Source: Octopus vulgaris
Lineage: Eukaryota
Reading direction: 5' to 3'
Length of the DNA: 64,000 nucleotides
NCBI GenBank assembly: GCA_951406725.2
Contig: OX597826.1
Coordinates: 6,758,001-6,822,000, forward strand
Shown: positions 1-13,012 of the stretch, piece after piece
Layout of the letters: each line of letters opens with the position of its first letter
Position numbering within the stretch: the first letter of the stretch is position 1
Notes under the pieces: generated by a model
What the model saw: the letters and a program-made list of their open reading frames with translations, nothing else
The model's database searches: none
Told to the model about the DNA's origin: nothing
Made by a program: the position numbers and the translations under genes

Positions 1-139
1 AGTGAAAATAATTAAGGAAATCTTACTCATATCACACATATTCAGCTTAGAATATATACAAATATATGCAGAAACATGAGAGAATATGTTGTCAAAGATA
101 CATTCTTTCAGGAAATGAACTGGATATTCATGGAGTGTT

Positions 140-319
140 TTCTTTTATTTTTATATTCTTGTATTTGTTTCAGTCATTTGTCTGCGTCCATGCCGGAGCA
201 CCGTCTTTAGTCAAACAAATCGATCCTAGGACATACTTTGTGAGCCTAGTACTTATTCTATCGGTCACTTTTGTCGTAAACACACCAGCATCAGTTGACA
301 AGCGATGCTGCGGGGGACA

Positions 320-356
<37 letters not shown>

Positions 357-374
357 TATATATATATACATATA

Positions 375-441
<67 letters not shown>

Positions 442-597
442 GACGCGCTTCTTTCAGTTCCCGCCTACCAAATCCACACAGAAGGCATTAGTCGGCCTCG
501 AGGTTGTAATAGAGAACACTTGCCCAAAGTGCCACGCAGTAGATGCGAACCCGGAAGCTTGTGATTGAAAAGCAACCTTCCTGACACGCCGCCACGT
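140..597 (-). mobile_element. tRNA-derived SINE, family A, with internal (CA)/(TA) microsatellite
   Basis: Reverse complement matches the copy at 43175-43580: head with B-box-like CCGGGTTC, GGGCAAGTG core and the GGTGCTCC..GCATGG..GACTGAAAC tail. Confidence 0.85.
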
Positions 598-769
598 GGC
601 GCCAATATGCTTATGAATGTAAATCTACTCGCGCAGTAGTGACTCAGGATTGAACAAGAGACAAAACATTAAAGTACGATGGAAATAAGTAGCCTCCAAT
701 CTGGTAAAAAAAAACAATCACTAATTGTCTTTCAAATCCCAACCGTTCAGAAAATACAAGAAACACTTT

Positions 770-860
770 GTACGATATGTAATCTGGCCATCTTGTTTAA
801 GGCCTACCCCTAGGTCTTCATCCGTAAAGCCTGTCTAGCGATTCTTTCCTGGGGCGGAAT
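770..860 (-). pseudogene. Degenerate RTE-clade LINE ORF2 3' fragment
   Basis: Translates as PQERIARQAL..(R)PRGRP.TRWPDYI, the RTE C-terminal motif. Similar to 1380-1610 in the opposite orientation. Confidence 0.55.
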
Positions 861-1379
861 CGTAAAAAAATTAAATATACACAAAAGCAGAGCATTTGAA
901 CATATAGAATTCCTACTCAAGCAAGGTTGATTTGCTACTAAATATTGACTATGACAAAAGAAACAATGTTTCGGAGCAACAAAAAGAAAGCACAAAACAT
1001 TAATAATCGGATTGAACTTGTGCTATACAGCAGAGTGGATTTGCGTTTGCATAGAAAATAGCTATAGAGTAGAAGGAAATTTTAATTAATTGTACCAAAT
1101 GCATTGAAGGAATGACGGAAAAGTTAACGTTAAAAGAGTCCGCTATTATTAGAACAATTGTTATTGGGATTATCTAACTTCATTGCCACTTTCAGCTTTT
1201 GGTCATCAGTTGAAGGAACACAGGTGAAAAAGCCAAAGTAACTAACTTCAATTAGTTGTTCGTTCTTGCCCTTATCTATTGCCATGAATCTTGGGTAATG
1301 ATAGAACATAAGCGGAAGTAATGAGGTCCCCCGAACTGATGCTTGAGTAACGTTAGGGTCACTGTTTTCTTTTTTTTAA

Positions 1380-1610
1380 CTGGAAGAGCTTAGTTCAAGC
1401 ACTAGTGACATGAGGAACGAATGTCCCAGGAAAGAATAACTAGACAGGTTTTACGGCTGGAGACCCAAGGGTAGACCTTGAAGAAGATGGTTAGATTACT
1501 TACAGCAGCTCAGTTTCTTTTGCTTGGTGATCCACCCGGATCAAAGAGGTGCTTGAGGACTCTGGCCGCACGAGGCACTCAGGAATAAATAATGATTGGA
1601 TGATTAGGTG
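1380..1610 (+). pseudogene. Degenerate RTE-clade LINE 3' end
   Basis: HEERMSQERITRQVL..RPKGRP.RRWLDY with stops and a frameshift; resembles the RTE GHVxRM..ERI..RGRP..RWxD motif. Confidence 0.6.
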
Positions 1611-1816
1611 ATTAGACATAAGCAAACTTCAGTTTAGGGAAAAGAGGATTGTGACATATTTAGACTTCTAAACGCAAATTTACCGGCAAAATTATGCATG
1701 TAGTATAGCCAACATATCTGCCTAGATCAGCCCCCATTCAGAACCCCTGACGAGGCGTTTGAAGTTCTTTAGCAGTATCAAGGGCAAATACCGAAGTGAG
1801 GTAAATTTCACCAGAT

Positions 1817-2040
1817 TTAAAGGCACATCTTTAAATAATGGAGCCAAAAATATTCACTGAGTTGATCCAGTGGATCTTTAGCTAACGGTGCACTAGTATA
1901 TCGATTGTCGGTTGTCATGTTGCGCAATGTGCCGGAGATTGGCACAGCCAGACGCAATGTAATATCACGTGGTTTATTCAGAACCTGGAATGGACCATCA
2001 ATTTCTTTTCCTAGATACACCTCCATATTGCGCATGTAAT
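1817..2040 (-). pseudogene. piggyBac-family transposase fragment
   Basis: NMEVYLGKEIDGPFQVLNKPRDITLRLAVPISGTLRNMTTDNRYTSAPLAKDPL matches the piggyBac block around the second catalytic Asp (RNxTxDNWFTS). Confidence 0.85.
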
Positions 2041-2076
2041 TAGTTTAGCGTCACACACACACATACACACACACAC

Positions 2077-2165
<89 letters not shown>

Positions 2166-3179
2166 CATGTATGACTGTTTTGGTTACAACTCGGAATACT
2201 AATCGTGGTAAATTCCGTCCGTTCCGTGATCCTATATCCTTCTATGCGGTCGGAATAGGACTATAACGGAATAGGGCTATAATTTTGTATACCATTCTTT
2301 GACTTGTTACACATGTTTCTTTGTCCAATAATTGACCAAATATTATGAATAAGATTTATAAATGCAATATATAAAGACAATTTGTCTTATGGAAAGAGTC
2401 TTCATACAGGGTCAAAATACGAATCAAAATCATGCAGCATCTTATATAAATACCTGAGATATGCAAGGTGAGCATTTAGAGTGAAGAGGTGGATTTTATG
2501 TATGTTCACCCATAACAATAAATATGTATAGTAGCATTTATATTGAAGCAACGTGAAATCAAAGGTCAAGCTATTTTTACCTAGCCCGGATATAGACGAA
2601 AAGGAAGTGTTGCGTTCGGTTGCGGAGCAGTATGGTATTTCGATGACCAGGTTTAGAGGGTGATGTGGAGGCGGTTATGTATCATCTATGGTCGAACGAG
2701 ACATAGGTTTTCAATTCGATACGAGAGTGTAGCAGGGGTAATCATTTGTCTACGTATGTATGTGTATGTACCCAAACCGCAGTGATGGGTACATTCACAT
2801 ACATAAACATATATTTATACATACATACACGCATACACAGTCATGTATATATGTGTGTGTGTGAGTATATATATATACATAAGCTTACAGGCATATAGAG
2901 ACGTGTGTACGCTCATATAGAGACACAAGTATGGGCCTTATATATGTGCAAATATATATGGACTTGTGTGTATGTGAGTGTGTGTGTGTTCTTGCATGAT
3001 TATTTGGTTGTTGTGAATGTGGTGAAGAAAAAATTATAATGCAAGAGAATGCGATTCAAAAATATGAGTAAGAAATATTGATAAACATACAGGACGTGAG
3101 AATCATGAAAATAGCGAAGGAGAATCCGCTAACAGACATATATGACTATGCAAAAGAGATTTGCTTACGTGCATGAAGT

Positions 3180-3201
3180 CATATACGTATATGTGTATAT
3201 A

Positions 3202-3258
<57 letters not shown>

Positions 3259-3303
3259 ATATATATATATATGTGTGTATTTATATTCTACATCCATAGG
3301 CAG

Positions 3304-3363
<60 letters not shown>

Positions 3364-3404
3364 CTGCCTATGGATGTAGAATATAAATATAAATATAAAT
3401 ATAA

Positions 3405-3490
<86 letters not shown>

Positions 3491-3582
3491 GTATATATAT
3501 TTCTGCTTATGGATGTAGAATATAAATACACATATATATATATAGATACATATATATATATACATACACATATACGTATATG
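3180..3582. repeat. (TA)n-centred fold-back inverted duplication with a repeated arm
   Basis: TATTTATATTCTACATCCATAGGCAGAAA at about 3278-3306 has reverse-complement copies at about 3361-3389 and 3500-3528, separated by (TA)n. Confidence 0.9.
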
Positions 3583-3618
3583 TATATATATATATGTATA
3601 TATATATATGTATATATG

Positions 3619-3650
<32 letters not shown>

Positions 3651-4387
3651 AAGAGAGAGAGGGGGAAGGGAAACATAGAAACGTAGAGAGAGGGGACAGA
3701 GATACACTAACTGAGAATAGGGAGCTAGTCCTCTTCATTTTAATACTTCGCTACGTATATCTCGAAGGTAAATTTCACTGCAAGAAAATCCCATTCCACG
3801 TCTGTCATATTCCTATTTACGTACATACAGAAAACGCAGCTCTTTTTCTATTTGCAATTTTTTTTCTTCTTTTCATTCAGTTCTAGACAAACTACTTCGT
3901 TCATATTTAAATATTTTGCTCATTCGAAGACTATAGTATACGCTCCAAGCCTATTCCTTCCTCTTTCTCTCAGGAATTTCCACATTTGTAGGTATAAGGA
4001 ATGCAATTTTATTGCCATACCATATTCCTCTACCTCGTCTTAGTCAGCCTTTTAAATAATTGTTTCCTTCTATAATTTATAAAACAGACATTTTGACGTA
4101 TTTACATAGAAACAGGAAAGACGTAGTCCCAAGTGTTTTCCTAGTTTTTCTTCTTTTTATATAATTTATTTAATAATTTTAACTTATATTATTCAACTTT
4201 TTCTTCTCTTATCGTTTCTATAGAAATTGATGGATATTTAATTTTTTCTTTATTTTTTTGTAAGTATATTAATATTTTAACTTTTGTTTTTAATAATTTT
4301 ATAAATTTTGTATATGCTTTAGATATAGTTATCATTCTAGTTTTCTCAAAGTAAAAGCGCACAAACAACCCACATATAGACACAAAC

Positions 4388-4445
<58 letters not shown>

Positions 4446-4477
4446 ATATGCATATATATATTATAAATATGTATGTA

Positions 4478-4509
<32 letters not shown>

Positions 4510-4851
4510 AACGTATGTGTATATATATACGTTTGTATATACATACATATATTTACACTCATGTGTATGTATATACACACATACATATATGTACGCCCAT
4601 GTGTAGGTTTCAATAAAAGTGTGTCTGTGCGTGTGTATATGTGTGTGTGAGTGTGTGCATACGAGGCTGAGTGTATGAATGTATGCGAGTGTATATGTTT
4701 ACATATTTTTAATATGTGCGTGCGTATGTCTGTTTACATGAATCGATACATGAATAGATACATGATATGCTTATACATATATATATATATATATATATAC
4801 ATATATGTATGTATATATGTATGTATATATTTATGTATATATATATATAAT

Positions 4852-4908
<57 letters not shown>

Positions 4909-5466
4909 CATTTTTCTGCATTTATATTTTATATCGTTAATTCATCGCATTCCTTTTCGACATTAAGTTCATTTTATCGTATTCGTCAACGTTTTTCGTT
5001 AAATATTGTCGAACGCATATACCTACAATTTGTACATTCAAATATGACTATATTCATACATAACAGTGTATACGTGTGTTCTGCCTGTTTACGTTCGTGC
5101 CTGCAAGGTATTTCCAATATGGAATTTGTTTAAATTGTTGCATATGGAACCGCGCCTTCATACCATAAAATTGTACATATTGGATCTTCTGACATATTTC
5201 AACACCATAACTTTTTGTCTGAGCCTGTCATTTTTAATTGATTCTTTACAAATTATTTATCATCTGTTTTGTCTCATTGTATGATTGATAACTTTTTTTT
5301 TGTTTTCTGAGGTTTTTTGTTTATTCATTTCTTTATCCCGTTCATTTATCAGATATATGTTTGATTGACAGATTGGAAAATGCTCAAAGAATATGCAAAT
5401 ACGGAAAAAGGTGTATACATACGTAAGGGTATATACATACATAGCTACACACACGCACACACATAC

Positions 5467-5531
<65 letters not shown>

Positions 5532-6359
5532 TTCACTTTCGTATCTATATAAAAAACGCACACACACTTATATACCGCAGTACACACACAAACATGTATA
5601 CATATATTATATATTTATGTGTGTGCTTGTGTGTGCACGGGCGTTCGTGTTTGCGCCTCTGTGTGCGTGTGTGAGTGTGTGAGTGTGGACATTTCCAGTA
5701 TAGATTATTAATTCACTGTGTAAGTTTGTATTCGATTTAGTTTCAATTTAACACACCTTGAAAGCAGTTCACTTTGTTTAGCTAAAATTATTTAAAAGAT
5801 TTAAACATACGGTATATATAACTATCACAATCAATATAACATATTTTAAAACACACACACATATATATATATATACATACACGTCCAGATGTAAAGGTCA
5901 GCTGATGCGTAAATATCTAAGTGAAAAAAATGATTTGCTGACAAAAACACGAAAAAAACATTTTTTTCATTTTAAAATAATAGGATAATCTCACAAACAT
6001 AATCTTTTGAATCCCTTACTTAAATCAATAGTGAATGAAATCATAAGTTTGGTTGTGCACGTGAAGTATTTCTTTTGAAAATAACTAGTGTTTTGAAATT
6101 ATATTTCTATATTTTCTCCCTTTTTTTAAGAGATTTGCTTTCCCAATATCTAACGCACCTTCTGAGATTTCCGGAGGATGTCTACATGACAGTTTCTACA
6201 ACTAAGCCTTTTATACTCGAATAGGCAGACATAAAAATTGCCTTTGAATATCTCGTAACATAAATCGTAATTTTGAGGCTTCTGAGATCAAATCATAAGA
6301 GTGTCGGTTTATAAGATACTTGACGCACCTGAATCATTCCTAGCTAATGAAATACTGAG

Positions 6360-7320
6360 TTCGAATTTTGACACAAGTCCATCATTTTGAGGTAGAGGTT
6401 AAAACGATTAAATTCATCCCGGGATGCTCTACTGGTACTTTTTTTATTGACTTCGATAGGATGAAAGGCAAACTCTCACCTCGGCAAAACCTGAATTCAG
6501 AAATGTGAAGACGGACTAATTACCGCTAAGCATTTTTCCCGGAGTGCAAACGATTCCGCCATCTATTCTTTTCAAATTTTCGCTCAAGGGCTGCAATTTT
6601 AAGAGAGGGGTAGTCGATTAGATGGAGACCAGTGCTCAACTGGTACTTATTTTACGGACATCGAAATGATAAACGGCAAAGTTTACCACGGCTGAATTTC
6701 AATTCAGGGCGTAAAAACGGACGAAATGACGCTAAGCATTTTCAGACGGCGCGCTAAGAATTCCGACAGCTCGCAGCCTTAGGCCAATGTAATATTCGGT
6801 TGAAATTTTTGCACAAGGAGAACAATTTCGTGGAGGAGTTAAGTTGAGTATATCGACCCTAACGTTCAACTGGTCCTTATTTTATCGACACGAAAGATTA
6901 AAAGGTAAATTTAAACTCGGCGGGATTTGAACTCAGAACCTAAAGACGGACGGAATGCCGCTAAGCATTTTTCCAGCATGCTAATATCTCTGCCTACTCA
7001 ATGCGAAAACGAGTGACGGCATTCTGCTGCTGTAGATCTATTCTTCTGATAATCATGGAACAATGCCTAATGTATAACCTTGTTCAGTATGCCGTATTTC
7101 GGTATTTGGAATAAAATATTCTTTTCTACTCTAGGTACAAGGCCCGAAACCTCTGGGAAGGGGACCAGGCGATTAGACGACTCCAGTATGCAACTGATAC
7201 TTAATTTATTGATCCCGAAAGGATGAAATGCCAAGTCGACCTCGGCGGAATTTGAACTCAGAACGTAGCGGCAGATGAAATACCGCTAAGCATCTCACCC
7301 GGCAATGCGAACGTATTACA
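6360..7320 (-). mobile_element. Cluster of four diverged family-B SINE copies, three head-to-tail
   Basis: Four repeats of ..CTGGTAC/CTT..GAAAGGATGAAAGGCAAAGTCGACCTCGGCGGAATTTGAACTCAGAAC..GCTAAGCAT at about 6370-6560, 6570-6780, 6800-7000 and 7120-7320. Confidence 0.85.
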
Positions 7321-7359
7321 ACTCACCACGTGGGGATAATCGAAATTCCTCTTTTCTTT

Positions 7360-7428
<69 letters not shown>

Positions 7429-7440
7429 TATATGTATATA

Positions 7441-7645
7441 TAGGGAGAGTTTACGAAAAAAACAAAAGACGAATACAGGTGGTGTACAAATCAAAACATA
7501 TGTATTAGTATAACGCCCAGGAATAGAAAAAGTCATTTACGTTTCGAGCCTACGCTCTTCTACAGAAAGAGACACAGAAAAAAACAAGGAGAGAAACCAG
7601 GAGAAAAAAATGTGTGCAGTGGCTAATGTGTATCATGGCGACTAG
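7441..7645 (-). mobile_element. About 200-bp HHR-bearing element, family H1 (Penelope-like pLTR or retrozyme-like)
   Basis: Homologous to 15283-15490 and 49971-50197; ends in (TA)n. Minus strand 7534-7569 reads CUUU-CUGUAGA-A-GAGC-GUAG-GCUC-GAAA-CG-UA-AAUG. Confidence 0.75.
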
Positions 7646-8020
7646 TCATATATATACATATAAATATATATATAGCGGCAGGTGAGAGAGTGCTGCGTGT
7701 GTAGTACACTGGACAACAATTGTGGTTACGGAAATAACTATATATGGTCACAAACGGAACAAATATTTTACTTGACTGTATGTTTTACTTTCATTTTTAG
7801 CCTTCGTCTTATATTCGTTAATTACTCCCTGTTTTGTCTATAAATTCACAACCGAATATGTCCCTCACCATTCCTGGCTAACGGATTGAACACACAGTCA
7901 CTAAGAACACGCTGTATTAAAACCGAGCAAAAAAGTGTTTATTTAAGGGGATAAGTTTTATAACATCACAGGAGGAGATACGTCAGCATTAAGGAATGCA
8001 TGACAATCAGTTATACAGTA

Positions 8021-8071
8021 TCTCACCCGTGAGAGATCGATGCACTATGTGACGAAACGATCGTTGTGAGA
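8021..8071 (+). ncRNA. Degenerate minimal type I hammerhead ribozyme
   Basis: Stem I TCTCAC/GTGAGA; CCGTGAGA core variant; GAAA-CGATCG-TT palindromic stem III; stem II poorly paired. Confidence 0.5.
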
Positions 8072-8206
8072 AATAACGTTTCTAGTATATTCCGTTTTTT
8101 TATTCTATCATTTGCTACATATGTACTTTTATAGACACACATACATACATACATACATACATACATACATACATACATACATACATACATACATACATAC
8201 ATACAT

Positions 8207-8335
8207 ACGCCGGGCTTCTTTCATTCACAAGGCTTTGGTCGACCCAAGGACATCTGTCCAAAATGCTATGCAGTGGGACTGAACCCGAAAAGATGTGATT
8301 GGGAAGCAAGCTTCTTACCACACAGCCATGGTAGC
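8207..8335 (-). mobile_element. Family-A SINE, 5' part
   Basis: GCAGTGGGACTGAACCCG..GCTTCTTACCACACAGCCA is the reverse complement of the family-A tRNA-like head. Confidence 0.8.
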
Positions 8336-8574
8336 ACCTATGCATTTGGAATATGAGCGAAAGTAAGAGACTGAGCCATCAGACAACTGGACAAAGACAA
8401 ATACTGTGAGAGGAGAAATGCAAATATAGAACGAAGCAAATAGGACGAAAATACAGTACTATGCATAAAATAGGACATACGGAGAAAGCCGGAGACAGGC
8501 GAGAAGAGACGGAGAGAGGCGAGAAGAGACGGAGCAATAATAATGTCGGTTGGAATTCATGAATGAATGAGAGA

Positions 8575-8620
<46 letters not shown>

Positions 8621-9156
8621 TAGAGACCAAGACAGAAAAGAAAATTCAAAACATAAAAACGTTTGTCTTAATATTGTCTTAATATTTGTGTGTATATGGA
8701 ATGGAAAAAAAAAGACATATTTTGTAGATATCAACATATATTTTTGGGAAAAGATATATAGAACAGCAGTTCCTAATGGCATGATTTCATTTAAAATATG
8801 TCTATACAAACTTGATAAGCTCTGGGGACATTTTCTATAAATTTCTACAACAAAGAAACTATGATTTCGTAGTATTTTGGAGTTTCATTAGGTTTTGTGT
8901 TCTAATTTTGACAAGAGATTTGTCTAAGCTTCCCAAAGAATTCTCTTAGCAGCTACATTTATTTTCCTTTCAAAATATTTCTTAACATTCAGTAGCTATT
9001 GGTTTATGGTATTGTGCAGAGATAGGTAAGAAATGTTTAGAGACTATTACGTACTTACATGTATTTGTATATATTTGTATGTTTGTGTGTGCGTATATGA
9101 CAAGGAAAAATAATTTGAATGCTCGTGTTAACGGTTCGTACATTTGTGCTTCTGTT

Positions 9157-9200
<44 letters not shown>

Positions 9201-9329
9201 TACACGCCCGAGCACACACAAACTTATTTGTGTTCGTATGCTCGTTGATGTGCGCGAGACAATATATCTATGTATGTATCTATCTATCTATCTGTCAGTC
9301 TACTTATCTGATTCTCTTTCTCACTCTCT

Positions 9330-9368
<39 letters not shown>

Positions 9369-9513
9369 TCTGTCTGTTTCTCTCTTTATGCAAACAGGTA
9401 TATATTTAGGAATAATATATAACTATATATATGTATTTATATATATATATATATATATATAAATATATATAATGTGTATATGTATATATATATATATATA
9501 CATGTATATATAT

Positions 9514-9590
<77 letters not shown>

Positions 9591-11923
9591 AGTGTGTGCG
9601 TGTGTGTACGATACTTAAATAAAATATTGATGTGCAACAGGACATATGTAATTACATGTACAAACATCCATTTCTATTAGAAAAAAGTCACCCGTTCTTT
9701 ACACATTCTTTACACATTCTTTACAACCGTTCTTTACACATGTTAATTTAACATTGGAAACAACATATTTACTATGCTTATTCATCTTGCAAGATTTGTT
9801 ATTGTTGCAGTTATTGTTGTGCGTCTTAGACTTTAGGCAGAAACAAAATCTCGCAAAACATTCACAATGGAATAAAACGTGATAGGCGTTTTTGCCTCTA
9901 TTTTCTTTCAATTATGATATGTTTTTGATAATCCTCCGCGGAATGTATCGCAATTCAACATCGCATATGCTGCTTGTGTATCAGAGTAAATTAATTTTTC
10001 TTCCGTTTTTTTTTTTTTTATTTGATCATTTATATTTTTGCCTGATCAATAATGATATATGTATAAAGAAAATTTCATTACTATTCTAGAAAATTACGTA
10101 TATATAGGTTTTATTCTTCCGAACAAAAGGATTATCAAAATATGGCGTAGAGAGATATCATTTATAAAGTTTTGTTTGTATATTATGAATTAATCTATAG
10201 AATAGAAGGCGGCTGCGCTTGATTTCAATTCTTTATCATCCTTGCTTTTAATAACAGAGTTAAGTGAATAAATAAGAGATTGATAGAAAGATTGAATTAT
10301 AAAGAGATGCATTGAACGTGGGAAAGAAAATGGAGAAACTGGATTCAACATAATACTTTTCCGATGATTCTCTATATTTCGCTTAATTATTACTGATTTC
10401 CAAATATTAATTAATCTTTATATATTGATTTTAAAGCAGCTGAGTGTGAAGCCAGCAGTGTCATATGTGACAACTTCAGAAAACTGGTAATGAGGTTTAG
10501 GTGGCTGGTATTGTAATTCTCTGAATCTGTGGCGATACAAGAAGCGTTGTAGAGGCTGGTGTCGTAATCAGATAGCCGTTGTTGGTATTATGAGAAGCTG
10601 TGGTGTTGGTATTGACTAAGTGAGAGAAAATATTTTATCAATTTTGCTAGTGGACAAATTAAATGCGAGGTATATTAATGAAATGTAATCTGGGAATACG
10701 CTTTTTGGCCCTTTTCTTTTTTATTCATTTACTTTATTTAACAAATTCTTCAAAACCTTTGATTTCTTTCTAGATTTTTTTTTTACTTCTTTTTAATTGA
10801 AATCGTAAATTGTAAATAAATATTATGATTTGCATTTGTTTATTTTATTTTATGTTATTTTGTTTTCCTCTTCTGCTAAAGAGTAAATTATTTGCGAAAT
10901 CTGTTCAGAGATTCATATAAAATTCCCAAAGACAATATAGAATCGGTCTAATCGATGAATTCTTTGCTGCAGCGAGTCAATATTTTCTTTCTCTCTTTCA
11001 CTTTCTAATTCTCTCCAATATTAACGAGTCTCCCACTCTCCCCTCCATCTCACTCTCCCTTACTCTCTCTCTGGTTCTGTCTTCATCATTACCGCCCTCT
11101 GTCTCATTATTTCACTTCCCTCCCTGTGTCAAGAATAAACCGTTATTATTTTTTCACAGCAATGTCAACTCTCTTTCAAACACTCATGTTACAAATGGCG
11201 TTCCATCCACTGTTAAACAACTTAGAAATAACAGATACCAACATACACTATCAATGAAAAACACATTGACACACCCATACATATGAATGCGCTTATAACC
11301 GATGAAACCAATATGAACACAAGCTATCCCCAAACTACGAATACACACATACAGATGGTTTAATTAAGCCGATAAATATAGTTTCTCTCCACCACATTTT
11401 TTCGTAATTTCCATTTAAAATCAATCACTGATGACATTACAGACGCTGTATCTTATTTTATTTCTTCTAACTGATTTGTAATAGCTACATTCATACGGTG
11501 TCTATTGGAACTGAGAGCACAAAAAAATGCGTTCCAAAATTTGCATTTTATATTTGCTTAAGTCATTCTATTTATGCTTACCGGAAGTATGTTGAAACAG
11601 GATCAGCTCAGAAAAATATCCAGCAAACACAGAAAGAAAAAAAAACAATTAAGGTATATGATATGAACTTTGAAACTTCATCTAGCAGGAAAACTTGTAG
11701 GTTAAACATTTCGTTATAATAAATAAATAGTACCCATGATGTTTATAATTGGAAATAATCGCATTTATGTCACTTGTCATCGAAGGAGAAACTAGGTTTA
11801 GAAATGCTGTGCATTTCATTAATCAATGTGCGCGTGTTGGCACACACATATATATACACGCATACACACTCAACAAACATACAGACTCACGCACACATAC
11901 ATATATACAATGAGATAGATAGG

Positions 11924-11990
<67 letters not shown>

Positions 11991-12036
11991 GTAGGTAGGT
12001 AGGTAGGTAGGTAGGTAGGTAGGTAGGTAGGTAGAC

Positions 12037-12124
<88 letters not shown>

Positions 12125-12167
12125 GGATAGAAAGATAGTTAGATAGATAGATAGATTGATAGATAGA

Positions 12168-12943
12168 TGAGTTTCTTTATTGGCCACACAGGGCTGCACA
12201 CAGATGGGACAAGTTACAAGGTAGAGCTTTTCTTTTGGGGGAGAAAAAAAAAAGGTAGCATAGGTTTTCGATCAAAAGGGATCGTAAAAGGGAAAAAAGA
12301 ACAAAAAAAGAAAAAAAGAAAAAAGGGAAAAAAAGAAAAAAAGGAAAAGGAACAAAAGAAAAGAAAAATGAAAAAAGAAGAAAAAAGAGGAAAAAAGGGG
12401 AAGAGGAAAAAAAACTATCAATAAGGATCGTGTATCACAGTGTCATGATGTATGGTGTAAAGGGGAAAGCAAGTAAGGTTTATCCGTGGGAAGAAAAGCC
12501 TACGAAAAAGACCACAGCAACCTTGGTCAATATTGTTATATGTTACCACATTTGTTTGCAAATTTCTATTTTCAATTTCTGGGTTCATAGCATTGTGCTC
12601 AAGGTGGCTTCGTCATTCATACGTGCCATCCTTGCTACATTCACCCATCTTTTTTTAAAACATTCGCTAGACAAAACTTGCTTCTCTACTCTCACTTTCC
12701 TTTTCAAGTGGTACTTGAAGAAGTTGATGAGAGGTTGACCAGAGAGGAAAGTGTTTGTCTCCAATCCTTTCAGACGCGTTTACCAGATACATTCTTTCGC
12801 CATAGCCACAAGGATGATGAAAATAGCTCTTCCTTCCCGTTTGAAGGAAGGAGGCGTGACAATATTGACGATAGACTCAGCTGATAAACCGACTCGTCCC
12901 ACACGTGACAGCAGTTGTTTCGACATAAGCCCACAGGTCGGAA
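12168..12943 (-). mobile_element. 5'-truncated Tx1/L1-clade LINE 3' end in (GATA)n
   Basis: Minus-strand frame KQLLSRVGRVGLSAESIVNIVTPPSFKREGRAIFIILVAMAKECIW*TRLKGLETNTFLSGQPLINFFKYHLKRKVRVEKQVLSSECFKKRWVNVARM, stop at 12585. T-rich 3'UTR, AATAAA near 12176-12181, GATA arrays on both sides. Confidence 0.75.

Positions 12944-13012
<69 letters not shown>

Noticed and set aside
6360-7320. Regularly spaced repeats as a CRISPR-like array
   Set aside because: Units are about 200-bp diverged SINEs in eukaryotic DNA, with no repeat-spacer pattern or cas genes.
9695-9742. 11-bp unit TTCTTTACACA repeated four times
   Set aside because: Ordinary slippage minisatellite.
10441-10486. Possible short coding exon (CAG|..CTG|GTAATG)
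   Set aside because: Weak pyrimidine tract, unrecognisable peptide and no partner exons.
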